64,000 nt of DNA, from positions 65,348,001 through 65,412,000 of the forward strand of contig CM060733.1 of assembly GCA_030704615.1 (NCBI GenBank). Direction: 5' to 3'. Made by a program: the position numbers and the translations under genes. The DNA is from Takakia lepidozioides (lineage: Eukaryota; Plantae; Bryophyta). The notes beneath the pieces were generated by a model that saw only the letters and a program-made list of their open reading frames with translations, was not told the origin of the DNA and ran no database searches. Of the stretch, positions 52,335 to 64,000 are shown piece by piece. The stretch's first letter is position 1, and every line of letters begins with the position of its first letter.

Positions 52335-54240
52335 CTATCTCCGCAGAAGATGAAGTAACCTCCCACTCTCACAGAGTGTAGCTGCCAGCCTGAACACCTC
52401 AGCTGGTCTTACCCCCGGCGTCGCAATCATGGTAGCCGAGAACAATGGAGCCTGGCACACAGATGTGGCCGCTCCTAGCAGCACACTAGCTGCCGTAGCC
52501 TTGGCAACACTAGGTAGTGGTGCTACCCGTGTAGCTCTCCCCAATGGCATAGTAACCTCCGCCTCGGTAACAGTCGGGCGAGAACTAGGTGCCATGGATG
52601 GCGTCGACACTGTCTCCGCCAATGTGAATGACTGAGGAAGCCTAGCCTGACGGCTTGCCTCCCCACGCTGTGGATCCAACTCCACCTCTGCACCTCGTGG
52701 CTCAGGAACTCGTGCTGCTCCTCGAGTCACGGCTGCAGCAGACTCCACCTGCACTAGTGGTAGTGCTGCTCCACACATGAATCCCATGCCTCCCATATCT
52801 CCTCCCTCAGGAGCAGGAGGTGGACCATCCGGCCTTAGAGCCGGTACCACCTGAGCTGTAGCCATGGCAGCGAGCCTCTGCTCTAGCTGCTGAAGCCGGT
52901 TGGCCATGCCTTGGTCAACACCCTGACCTCCGCGTCCTTGGCCACGTTGAGCTTGCCCTTGGCCTGCACCTCGTGGCTGGCCACCTCGTCCTCTCTGGGC
53001 TGCTCCACCTCGCCCCCGGCCACCATTGTTCCCTTGGAACTGGCCTGGGCGCAACTCAGGATGCAAACCATAACACTGGGCCTCTCCATGCCCGTGCTTG
53101 CCACAATGCCCACACTGCAACTGTGCAGGCTGTGCATGTGCCGACCCTTTGCCTCCCTCTGGGCAATCCTTCTTGACATGGGGTCCTCCACATGTCCAGC
53201 ACACCCACATCCGCCCGTTGTTGGCCAGCAAATGAAGGGAGAGACCCCTGCATCTGAGGTCCTCTCTGCCCTTCCCTGAGCTTCACCTGAGCCCCCTTTG
53301 CCTTGAGCACGTTGAGGTAGTGGTTGGCTAGGAGCACCACTACCCCGTGGTGTCTCCTTAGCAAATCCCACCATGACCACTCGTTCCTCCACCATGTTGA
53401 GCTCTATCCGCTCTGCCAGCAAAAACACATTTGCTAAGGTGGGTTGGCCGCTTGTAGGAGAGTTGCATCCCGCACCCTTCTCCTCAGCTCCTTGTCCAAT
53501 ATCCCATACCAGAATTGGACTGCCTGAGCTTCCGTAACCCTTGGGTTACATTTATCAAGCGCCTCATGCGAGTGAAAGCCTCCCTCAAGCTCTCGGTCGG
53601 CTTCCGTTGGAACTCTTGCAAGCTCCGCAACTTCTCTGTCCTCACCCCTTGGTAGTTCCCTCTCAACTCTTCGAAGAACTCCACAACAGGGTTGAAGGCA
53701 GGCACGGGTGCTAGTGCTGGTGCGGTAGTGGCTTGGGTGGACGTCGTAGCTACTGTACCACCAGTCCCACTGCTGCTTTGCTGAAGCTGCCGGTGCAGCG
53801 GCAGGTGTAGCCACTGCCCTCGTGCTCTAGTGCCCCTAGTGATGGAGACATAGTCGGGTGACCAGTACATCCTCCACTCCTCGATCTCAACCTCATGCCC
53901 CCGCCTGAACTCATGGTAATCATCCATAGGCGCCCCCTCAAGGTGCTGAAACAGCCCCTTTCCATGCCATGAACGGCGTAAATAGTTGTGGATTGCGCAT
54001 TTGCTGCAAATCACACCAACTATCAAACTCTTGGATAAAATCATCCAACTCAATGGTGCCCACCCCCAGAGTACCTTCGTGGCCCCTTGGTAGCTCCATA
54101 CATCTCCTCCATTGTGTCCCACAATAATGGCAAAGAAACAACTTGCACCGCCGGTATGAGTCCTCCTGATTCACAATCCGAATCAGAACCTTCCGTGGAA
54201 GACACAGGAGGTGAAGGTGGCCTAAACCGCACACCTCGTC
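52335..54240 (-). pseudogene. gag: gag of element A (frameshifted), two zinc knuckles
   Basis: ORFs 52335-53231, 52883-53428, 53484-54122 and 53938-54351 together match the gag of element B. Confidence 0.87.
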
Positions 54241-54539
54241 TCGTGTACCCACTAGTATCGCTAGTGCTCGAACCGGCACTGTCCCAGCAACTAGTGGCAC
54301 CTCCGTGTTGACACTCAACCGGTCATGAACATGTCCCAACCCCCTCTCCACAAGGTAACCGGGTAGAGAACCTGTTGCGGCTTATGGTTTGGAATACTAA
54401 GTTCCTAACATAGCCTACACCTGAACTTGCATGACCATGTGGAATATCATGAAGATACTCCTCAACCGCCCTCCACGAGCTTCAAAAATTCGGCCTTCCA
54501 GACCACATGCCAGTCCTTAGTCCACCAGTGCTCACGAGT

Positions 54540-55695
54540 CAGCACAGGCCATCCACAGGTCAACACGGGCCACCACAGACCACACGGCCCACAGAGCACA
54601 GGCCCCACAGCTCACTGCCACCGTCACATCCCACAGGCCACTGGTCACAGCCCCTCACAGTCACTCACAGGGCGGACAGCACGGGGCCTCCCAATGTCAC
54701 AGCCGGGCCCCAGCCACACGGCCTGTCACAGCCCCTCACAGCCCGTCACAGCCCAAAGGCCTCAGGCGCCTTCACAGCCCCTCACAGGCCCGTCACAGCC
54801 CCAAAGGGGGCCCTCACGGCCGGGCCCCTCACAGCCCCAAAGGCCATGGGCACGGCCTGTCACAGCCCCTCACAGCCCGTCACAGCCTCAAAGGCCTCAG
54901 GCACGGCCTGTCACAGCCCCACGACGGCCTGTCACAGCCCCTCACAGCCTCACAGCCTCAAAGGCCTCAGGCCTGTCACAGCCCATCACAGCCCCAAAGG
55001 CCTCACACGGCCTGTCACAGCCCCACAGCCCATCACAGCCCCAAAGGCCTCAGGCACAGCGGCCTCACAGCCCTCACAGGCCGCACAACAGGCCAAGGCC
55101 ATGGGCACGCCTGTCACAGCCCCTCAGCCCGTCACAGCCTCAAAGTCACACGGCCTGTCAACAGCCCCACAGGGCAACAGCCCTCACAGCCCGGCCTGGG
55201 GGGCCTGGCCTCACAGCCCCTCAGGGGCACACAGGCCCACGCCATCACAGGCAGCCCAAGCCTGGCCCGTCACAGCCCCCAAAGGCCTCGGGCACGGCCT
55301 GTCACAGCCCCTCACAGCCCGTCACAGCCCCAAAGGCCATGGGCACGGCCTGTCACAGCCCCTCACAGCCCGTCACAGCCCAAAGGCCTCAGGCACGGCC
55401 TGTCACAGCCCCTCACAGCCCCAAAGCCATGGGCACAGGCCCGTCACAGCCCCACAGGCCTCAGGGCACAGCCTGTCACAGCCCCGCACATCACAGGGCA
55501 CAGGGCACAGCCTCACAGCCTCACAGATCACAGCCCATCACAGGCCCCACAACAATGTCATCACAGCCCCACAGGCCTCACACAGCCTGTCACAGCCCTG
55601 GGTCACAGCCCACAGGGCACAGGGCACAAGCCCATCACAGCCTGTCACAGCTTGCCACAGCCTGGAGCAGCCACAGCCTGGGCACAGCCCCACAC
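54540..55695. repeat. Degenerate TCACAGCC-core tandem repeat in the 5' leader
   Basis: Dozens of (G)TCACAGCC units. Confidence 0.93.
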
Positions 55696-58439
55696 TGGCG
55701 CTCTGGCAGTTTAGCCATTTCTCCAAGGGGTTTAGCCACGCCAAGCTAGGGTTTGTGTCTCTTGACTCTAGGCTTCTTTCCACCGAGCTATGGTGGCTGT
55801 GAGGAAATCAGCAAGGTATCCTTGCTCTTTCGGCTCCCACACACCACCATAGTAGCCCTAAGCCATGAGGTGGTTGCCACAAACCAAGCCTTCTTTCTCA
55901 CTTAGCCTCCCAAACACGCCACTAAACTCAATGGCAAACAACCAAGCCCTGCTGGTTCCCAGCCCTTGTGAGCACTCATTCAAGCACTCTCCTTGGCCAT
56001 AGCATCTGTCTTAGAGCCTATTCCAGCCCCCTACACCTGCTGCTTCAAGAGTTGCGCTCCCTTCAAGCTTGAAGTTGAAACCCCAACTCACATAGGCCCT
56101 ACAAGTGCTTTTCTTTCACTCCAAGTGGAAACCAGCCCTAGACCTTCCGTTCTAGCTCTCTAAAGCTTGAAAACAAGCCTCAATGGGCTGAAGGCATGCT
56201 CCACACATGCCCCACTCTCACCATAAAAGAATCAGCTCCTTTGCTTCATTTCTTGCACCCACAAACCTGAAAATACAAGCTTCAGCAGCTGAAAGCATGC
56301 TCCACATGCCCTACAGGGAAACCAGCCCCTTCCTTCCTTTCTTGCACTCCCACACCTGAAAGTGCAAGCCTTCACCAGGCTGATAGCATGCTCCACACAT
56401 GCATTGCCCTCACATAAGGGAAGTCAGCCCTTCCCTCTTCCTTGCTTGCCCTCCAAGCTTGAAGATGGAAGCTTCAATGAGCTGAATACATGCTCCACAC
56501 ATGCAACCTCTTCACACAAGAGATATCAGCCCCCTATCTTGGCTCCTTGGCTCCTTGATGCTCTCTAAGACAAGACTAAGCACTCCATAGCCTTTGCCAA
56601 GCTCCTGAAACCCTAAGGCTTACATTTCCAGCCACAAGACACTTCTCTTGTGGTGCAAGAGCTCTTCTTCCAAGCTCTGAACCCTAGGTGCACATTCCAT
56701 GGCCTTGCCGCACCTCTTAGCTCCTGTTCCAGCCCTGCTCTCCATGACAAGAGCCCTCTCAATGCTGAAGCTCGAGATTGAAACCCAATCTCACCATACT
56801 CCACAAAGTGCACTGATTTGCCCCAAGCCAAATCAGCCCTTTCGCTTGGTCTTGCAATCCTTCACACAATGAAGCTCGCATTCCCAAGTCCAGTTCTCAG
56901 CTTTGCCACCAAAGCCACTATAACCTGCTCTTGACTGGTCCTCTTCCCAATCGTGCTTGCTCATGCATGTACACAATCTGAAACCATCAAGGTGCTCTGG
57001 AATTACCTACAGTATGGTGCTTTCATCTCTGAAGCTGAAGATCGAATGCCAAGGTTTACCACCTCGTAACCCACATCGCCTCCGCTTCTAACAACCAGAG
57101 CTCCACGGTGCTCCTTGCATAACAACTTGGTTTCTCTCATTCTCAAGCAAAAACCACAAGTGCTACAACTAACTCGTATCTAGCACTCATAGATACGAGC
57201 TCATCTTTCTCGAGTGATAAAGAGGAAGAATACAAGCACAAGCTCATGCGAGCTCACAAAGCTGAAGCATAAACTCATGCATATATAACCTCATCACTCA
57301 AATACAAGTCAAGCCAAGTGCACCCCACGCCATGGGGAATCCACACTACGGCGCCATAGCTAGGCGCGGTGAGGCTCAACTCGAGAAAGATGAGCCTCCT
57401 CCCGCGCTTGCCGTGAAGATAACCACTCCAGGGCCTAAATCTGCCTTGACCCCTGGATTGACACTTGGGCCAATCCCAAATGTCAATATGTAAAAGCTAG
57501 CTATTTCCTAGCTAGTTTCACACTAGTGGTAAAATAACTTGACACATCGCATGCACTCATAGTGTTTCCTTCCATGGCCATAGTGCACCTCTTAGAGCTC
57601 ATAATCCAGCCCTGCACTTGCCTCTTCCATAGACATGCTCTTTCCAAGCTTGGGATTGAAACCCCAACTCAAAGCATGCTCTACAAATACACTATTCTGT
57701 CCCAAAGAGAAATCAGATGTCTACCTCCACTCATAGCTCTCCTAAGCTTGAAGTTGAAGACTCCCGCAAGCTGAAACCATGCTCCACACATGCACCGCTT
57801 GCTTCCTTAACACCTGAGCTCTTCTTGAACTCCTCAAACCCTGCAACACTTGTAGAACAAGAGCTTCTTCACAAGCTCTCAAACTTTTCAATGGGGCTCT
57901 CCTTGAAGACCTCATCTTGTACATAAACACCACAAGGCTTTCTTCTTGCAAACCCTGCAACACCTTGTAACTTAAGAGCTATCTATCAAGCTCTCTTCCA
58001 CACACAAGTGCTAACTATGCTAGCACCTTGCACTCATAGATGTAAGCAGGTCTTCTTCTAGTGATACGGAAATGGTGAAAAGATGAGAAACCACTCTATC
58101 ACGTTATATAAGTCAATCCAATGGCACCTTTGCTGAAGGACTCCACCATACAGACCTCACCCACTCTCCATCTCAAGAACTAGAGCTATGGCGGCGAGAG
58201 AGGCCTTGGGAGGCTCGACTAAAAGAAGACGAGCCTACCTACGTCTCACGTGGAGATAACCTCTCCACGTCCCAAGTGAGGTTCGCCACCTCACTTGGCA
58301 CATAGAACCAAATGAAATCCCAATGCCAACAAAATACAAATATAAATGTATAATGTCCTAATTAGTTAGAAATAACTATTTCTAACTAATCACAAACAAA
58401 ACCATGACATGCAGATTTCTAAACATGAACATGAAGTTC

Positions 58440-59747
58440 ATAATCATTTTCCAAGGGCATCATTCTCAAACTCCCCATACACCATAATGTGGAAATTCTA
58501 TGGTCCCATTTCACACATGTGTGTAACATGCCATGTAAACTAAGCCAACTCCCGCCACGCTCATGGCTGTTTTCACACCGTTCTTGTCTCGGGTGTGGAT
58601 CATATGTGAGACACCCCACAGTTAGGGCATATTTTGACCCACACCTTGGCTCACTCTACAGACCCGTGATAAAAGCTGTGGAATGTGCCAGGTGTGAGAT
58701 GACAGAGCCGTGGAAAAAGCCGGTTTCTCTTCAAGTGATAACTGTATGCCAGTCAGGATTCCTGCGAAGCCACCGAAGGACAGGAAACAGTACGACCAAC
58801 AGAGGGAAGATGATTCAGATACTACTGGTTCTATGGACGGGAATTTTGACGTGGCTGAGGATTATGCGATACAAATGGCGGAGAGAAACGACGGGGATCT
58901 CCTATGCCTGAAAAGTTACCTCCGTATCAGCCTAAGGCAAGACAGTCAGATCCATCTAGTCGACAGTCATCCCCACCAACTAGCAACATGGCTCGGGCTC
59001 ACACACAGAACCCTCCGAGGGACTCTCACCGGCAGAAGGGTGTTCGTTCACAAAGGTTTGCTGATCCTAAGCAGTAAACCGTGAGGACACAACTTTTTGA
59101 GAAGGGGAGGGATAATGTTAGAGGGCTGTCTGGGACTTAGACAGTTTTACGGGTTCTGTGGGATACCCTTAGTTTTGCGTAGACTTACGGATGGTAGACT
59201 CAGACCAACAGAGGCCTTAGGGGTGGTAGGCAGGCTCACACAGTTAGTCACAGGCTACACATCCTATCACGGTTAGTCAGAGCCTTACACAGTCCGTCAC
59301 AGCCTGGCACAGCCTGACACAGCTTGTCACAACCTTACACAGCCTGACACAGCCTTACACAGCCTATCACAGTCTATCACAGCCCGACACTGTAGAGCAG
59401 ATTAGAGACACCACAGCTTTGGCCTGATACATGATAGATATCAATATGATTCTTATTTCATACTCACACCGTGTAGAGAGATATGAGTGAAGTTGTGGAA
59501 TGAATGCCTGGGTAGATGGAACATGGAAGATTGCAGAAGCAATCTGATACTTAATCATAGAGAGTAAGGTAACTTGCTAACATGAATGCAAGAATGAATA
59601 CAAATAGGAAGCACCCCCATGATACACTAGTTGTAGGTCATGACTGATTGTTCTGAGCGGGCTGAGTGCTTAGAGATTTCCAACTCTTCTATCTTGGAGT
59701 TTCCACCTCGGATAGCTAAGGGATGGGTGAGTAAAAGCCGCTCGACA
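58440..59747 (+). mobile_element. Family E Gypsy 3' end: extra-ORF remnant, PPT, LTR
   Basis: PPT 59099-59115; LTR 59116-59747 TGTTAG...CGACA. Confidence 0.87.
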
Positions 59748-59749
59748 CA

Positions 59750-60030
59750 TACCCACAAAGACATTCGTATTGCCTGAAGTAGCATGCAGGCATATGTGAG
59801 ACACGGTAACGGCCATTCTCGTTGATCTTGCGCACTCTGTGGAGATTCCACACCTCCACGTACTCATCAACAGCCGCTTGAAGGATTGGAACAAAGACTG
59901 CAACAAAAGATGCACTCTGCCAATCATCGTCCACATCCAGTAGGCCTTCATTGGCCATAACCTAGAAAGAATTCTTGTAGAAGAACACCACACACTCCCA
60001 TAGATGGCGCCACCAGTGCTCAATCCTCTA
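59750..60030 (-). pseudogene. Fragment of an IS3EU/IS481-like integrase-core transposase
   Basis: RIEHWWRHLWECVVFFYKNSF*VMANEGLLD...VFVPILQAAVDEYVEVWNLHRVR. Confidence 0.65.
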
Positions 60031-60630
60031 CAACCACAAAATCATTATTTGAAGGGTTTTTCACACAACTCAACAATGGCTGGGAGGCAGGAACATCTCC
60101 TAATGTCCAGCCCTAGGGCCCTCAGCTGATAATCTCTTCAAGTAGAAACCCTATAGCTTCTGTAGAGATCCCTACGTCACAAGACAGTGCCTACCATTAC
60201 GCAGTCAGATACCAGATGTCTCCAAACACGGATGTAGGCTTGTTGAGGCCCCAATGAGGCATAGGCTCACCACAGATTGACATGTTCGGATGTTCACAGA
60301 AGACTGGTGGCAAATAGCAGCCCAAGCTGATCTGGGTTGTTCTTGACTTAACTGTGACTATGAAGACAATGGGGTCTATAAAAACAAACTGAACAATCCA
60401 TTGAGTGGAAAACATGCATAATCACAGCCTAGGAATTAGGCACCCATGTAGGGCAGCCTGCAATTCAAGATGTATCAAAATATGAAATTCTAAGCAGGAC
60501 AAATATGAGACCCCTTCCTTTGCTTCTCTCTTTCCTTTTCCAGAAGGGTGCCTATAATTTAATCCGCACACCAAGAACTTTGCAGGTCTGTCGCGCACCT
60601 CACTTCGGTAAGCTCCCCTTCAAGTCATAG

Positions 60631-61230
60631 TTACTTGCTTTGATGCGCGCGCCTATAATAGTAACACAGTTCTTCACCATTGGGTCCTCGCCCTTGGTCT
60701 ATTATGGGATTATTTCTATAATCCTGATTCCTTGGCTGGTAATTCCCCCTTGGATTACCCTGATAGTTGCCTCTGGGATTGCCTTGGTAATTCCCTCTTG
60801 GATTACCTCTTCCTGCCATACCATTGTTATACCCATCAGGCCTACCATAGTGGTCCTGGTCATTGTTTCTCCTTGGCTGGGGTTGCACTTGATGCACCCT
60901 CACTTGCCTAGGTTCTCTTGGAGCTGTCCTTCTATTGTAATAACAATTCTCAGTTGAATGGTTATCCATTTTACAGATAGTACAGTGTTTCTCCTTCATG
61001 TGGCATTCAGCTATGGTATGGCCTTCATTTTGGCACTTTGCACACCAAACACCCTTCCTCCAATGTGTTGCAGCCTCTGTGGCGTACTTTTTCAAGATTT
61101 CTTCCAGTCTTTTTTCATAATTGTCCCTCTTCAACTTTTCCTTCTTCTTGCTCTTCCTCCTGAGCTCTTGCTCTTCTTCCTCATCTAACTCATCTTCGGA
61201 GTCCTCATCTTCCATTTTATCTCTCCTGAG
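60631..61230 (-). pseudogene. Gag C-terminal fragment with two zinc knuckles and RGNYQGNP repeats
   Basis: CAKCQNEGHTIAEC, CTICKMDNHSTENC. Confidence 0.75.
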
Positions 61231-61420
61231 CATTCCACTTGCAAAATCCACCCACACTCCCAATCCCAAACGAAATGAGGAATGACGCATTTTGGGAACG
61301 ATGGATACAGAATAGAACTAAAAGAGGGCACAATGGGGTTTTTATTGATCCACATGAATTGCATTTGAAGCACGTCTACTGTGCTGACAAATCTTTAGCC
61401 CTGTGCCTTCTGAATACAAG

Positions 61421-61984
61421 TCACGTTGTCAATGGGACTTCGACTGCTCTGAGAACTAGCTCATGAGTCATCGGGCTCCTCCAAGTAAACTGGATTGCAG
61501 CCGTTGTACCACCCCTGTTGATGTTCACCACAATGTCCTGCCCTTCAATCATACCACCATCGAATATGGAAAGCTTCACGTTTTCGCCGTCCACACCAAT
61601 GCGAATGTCCCCATACAATGGAGAAGATGAGCGCACTCCTTCAGGAGTATAAGTCTCTCCGATGGAGTCCACCCACGTCCACTGGCAGCAGTTCCACCGC
61701 AACAGCATAGCAGTGCGCATTCTTCTGCATGGGTGCCCGTCGTAGCTGGGAAAATTGGAATCAAGGATGCGCAGGAGCCACGGACTCCTCAGACCAAGAT
61801 CATCACCCCGCTCGAAGGCGTACTGCCCTGGGAGATACTCAAAAGCGGACAATGTTTCCACATTCGAACCAGTATCTTCTGTGTAATCTGTGTACCGGAT
61901 AACGATGTCTCCTGATGTGGCCGAATACATTGCATAATCGATGCCTCCATAAGGGCAGTTGTCCCGGTTCCGGAAGCACGGCAT
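61421..61984 (-). CDS. Unknown ~187-aa protein, paralog 1
   Basis: Open from ATG (MPC); full-length similarity to 62541-63110. Confidence 0.7.
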   Translation of the reverse strand: MPCFRNRDNCPYGGIDYAMYSATSGDIVIRYTDYTEDTGSNVETLSAFEYLPGQYAFERGDDLGLRSPWLLRILDSNFPSYDGHPCRRMRTAMLLRWNCCQWTWVDSIGETYTPEGVRSSSPLYGDIRIGVDGENVKLSIFDGGMIEGQDIVVNINRGGTTAAIQFTWRSPMTHELVLRAVEVPLTT

Positions 61985-62540
61985 CCTTGCAAAGGAGGAC
62001 TTGAGGACATCTTTGATGCCGATGACAATGACCTTGCGGACAGCAACGAAGCCCTTAGATTTGCGAAATGATGAGAAGCGGAAGAGCAGTGCAGGCTCCA
62101 ATAATGGAGCATCTGGGTCACAAGTACCCACCAATCATCGTGTAACGTGTTCATCACGCCAGCGGTGGATGAACCGATACCTCTTTATCATCCACGGGGT
62201 ATAGTTTGAAATCTGCCACCGAAGTCCATCCCCCGGATGGAAATTCGGCGCCGCATTTACATCGAAGGGGGGATGGACTTCGTCGTCTCGAGTGGCTATA
62301 GGCCCACCTCGCACTTACTACCCATAGTTTGCATGGCAGGGAAGGAAACTGAAACGGCTACATTCATGGATGAGCCAATCTTCATCCGTGCAGGTTCCTG
62401 TTGGGGGAAAATTTAAATGTGTTCTGGAGTGTTTGTGAGGAATTGCAGCGTTTGCTTGAATTTCTTCCAGCCACCGCGCTGCTGCCTCCTCCATCCGGGA
62501 GCTGCTGTCATTGAGTGTACCGCGCTACTCTTTTTCAGGG

Positions 62541-63110
62541 ATGCCGTGCCGCCGAAATCCTGCTGACTGCCCTTATCATGGCCACGATTATGCTATGTTC
62601 AAACCAGAATCAGGAGACATCATTGTCTGGCTTTCAGTTTTCACAGACGCTTCTGGAATCAAGCGGGAGTCTTTGCGCGCAATGGAGGGCTATTACCGCT
62701 TTGAGCGAGGTGAGGACGAGGGTCAATGCGGTCCGTGGGTCCTGAAAATTGTTGACCTCGATATACCAAGGTGGAATGGGATGCCGGACAGATCACGCAC
62801 GGCCTCACTTTGGCGCTGGAACTGCTGCCAGTGGACCAGGGAGGACGGCACCGGGAAAAACTATATTCGTGGAGTTCACTCCGCTTTTCCAGTGTATGGA
62901 GACATTCGGCTGAGTTGCGAAGACGAATCGCACGGGCACAGGAGGCCCACAGTGACCTTGTCAATGTATGATGGTGGTATGATTGATGGGCATGACATTG
63001 TTGTCAGCTCCACCCAGGGCACCAGATCGACCGCATTGCAGTTTACCTCGAGGTGCCGCATCAGTAATGAGATTGTTTTGAGGGCTATCGAAGTTCCGTC
63101 GACTTGGTGA
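62541..63110 (+). CDS. Unknown ~189-aa protein, paralog 2
   Basis: Shared CPY..DYAM, SGDI, FERG, RWNCCQWT, YGDIR, DGGMI, VLRA.EVP. Confidence 0.7.
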   Translation: MPCRRNPADCPYHGHDYAMFKPESGDIIVWLSVFTDASGIKRESLRAMEGYYRFERGEDEGQCGPWVLKIVDLDIPRWNGMPDRSRTASLWRWNCCQWTREDGTGKNYIRGVHSAFPVYGDIRLSCEDESHGHRRPTVTLSMYDGGMIDGHDIVVSSTQGTRSTALQFTSRCRISNEIVLRAIEVPSTW

Positions 63111-63379
63111 CACCCATGTAGAAGGAGGAAGGGCTTTAGATTTGTCCTAAATGTGAGACACCGTGTTCGATCAATAAAACAACCCATCGTACCTCACTTC
63201 TGTGTGCTTGTGTTTCATCATCGTGTTCAAGAACTGCCGTAATTGGCCCACTGTTTACAATTTGAGGTCTCATTTCTACAATGTGTCTGTCCATATGAAT
63301 ATACCAGAGTCAGCGATATCAGAGTCCTGAGATGAAGAAAATCCATGTATGAGTTGTAGGAAACATGTACATGCTGAAG

Positions 63380-63980
63380 CTCGGAAATTCGGCACCGCAT
63401 TCCATTTTCTCCATGCAGCGATTTCTGGCAGCTCCCTTTCCTCCGTTGTCGTCGTAACGGAAATGATGTACAACATTTCATTTCCTGACATGGCATTACC
63501 ATACTTCGAATTTGAAATGCGGCGCCGCATTTCCATATTCGACCTTGAACTATCCAAGCATGTCCAGTCGCTAATGCTTGTCCATGTCCATACTTGAAAT
63601 GCGGCACAGCATTTCCGGAGAGCACAATGGAATGCGGTGCCGCATTTCCGTGAAAGGGTCTGGAATTGGACAAACAACGATGGAAGTTCTGGAATGCGGT
63701 GCCGCATTTCCATGTCTATCATCAAAATATTGAATCGGACAATGGAATGCGGTGCCGCATTTCCATGTCTATCATCAAAATATTGAATCGGACAATGGAA
63801 TGCGGTGCCGCATTTCCGTCCATCAAGACGAAATACCCACACGGGTCTGGAATTGGACAAACAACGATGTCTGTTTTGGAAATGCGGCGCCACATTTCCC
63901 ATGTTGGGCAATTGAAAGTTTTTATAGGACAATGTAAGTTTTTATAGGAAGATGGAATGCGGTGCCGCATTTCCGTCAAA
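63380..63980. repeat. Array of GGAAATGCGG(C/T)GCCGCATTTCC-type palindromes
   Basis: About 9 copies, including a ~54-bp tandem at 63690-63820. Confidence 0.88.
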
Positions 63981-64000
63981 GGGTCTGCAATTGGGCAAAC

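Larger units (their letters stand above)
46608..57544 (-). mobile_element. Element A: complete Gypsy retrotransposon with split direct repeats, Gag-PR-DNMT-RT-RH-IN-PHD
   Basis: TG...CA ends; TSD CATC (46604-46607, 57545-57548); B2 46608-46795, A2 46797-47123, B1 47126-47306, A1 57215-57544. Confidence 0.92.
46320..58409 (-). mobile_element. Element C (same split-repeat family): A1 repeat 58062-58409 and 5' leader, into which element A inserted
   Basis: 46380-46607 and 57545-58061 resemble the leader of A (55740-57214); the A-type repeat resembles 9289-9655; left boundary uncertain. Confidence 0.75.

Noticed and set aside
54427-55802. Long 431-440-aa Pro/Ser/Thr-rich ORFs
   Set aside because: Stop-free translations of the TCACAGCC repeat on the antisense strand.
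46608-57544. DIRS/Ngaro tyrosine-recombinase element
   Set aside because: Protease, Gypsy-type RT-RH, HHCC integrase remnants, TG..CA ends and a TSD are present; no YR motifs were recognised.

Overview
A eukaryotic, almost entirely transposon-derived 64-kb window, most likely from a land plant. A PLS-type PPR fragment and an RH57/DDX52 helicase fragment suggest a bryophyte, lycophyte or fern. No intact host gene is evident. Two unusual systems stand out. (1) A family of Ty3/Gypsy retrotransposons has one complete copy (46608-57544, 4-bp TSD CATC) and three partial relatives. The polyprotein is Gag-PR-[C5 cytosine methyltransferase]-RT-RH-IN-PHD. The termini are not two LTRs but split direct repeats (A1...B1-A2-B2), with a CA-GC-TG junction and a covarying self-complementary PBS. 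(2) A 13.1-kb short-TIR Mutator-like element (10076-23182, 9-bp TSD) carries an intron-containing gene for a ParB/Srx-like (DGNHR) domain plus a beta-class amino-methyltransferase-like domain, surrounded by dozens of 22-36-bp palindromes. A divergent paralog (5.1-9.0 kb) has its own different palindrome in the same intron and upstream positions, suggesting a ParB/parS-like cognate protein-site system on a transposon. The rest is nested Athila/Tat-like Gypsy copies with extra 3' ORFs, a tRNA-Met-primed Gypsy, a deleted MULE derivative, an IS3EU-like transposase fragment, and a head-to-head pair of paralogous unknown ORFs beside a third palindrome array. Most ORFs carry stops or frameshifts, some possibly assembly indels. 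All family assignments come from motifs recognised by eye, not from database searches.
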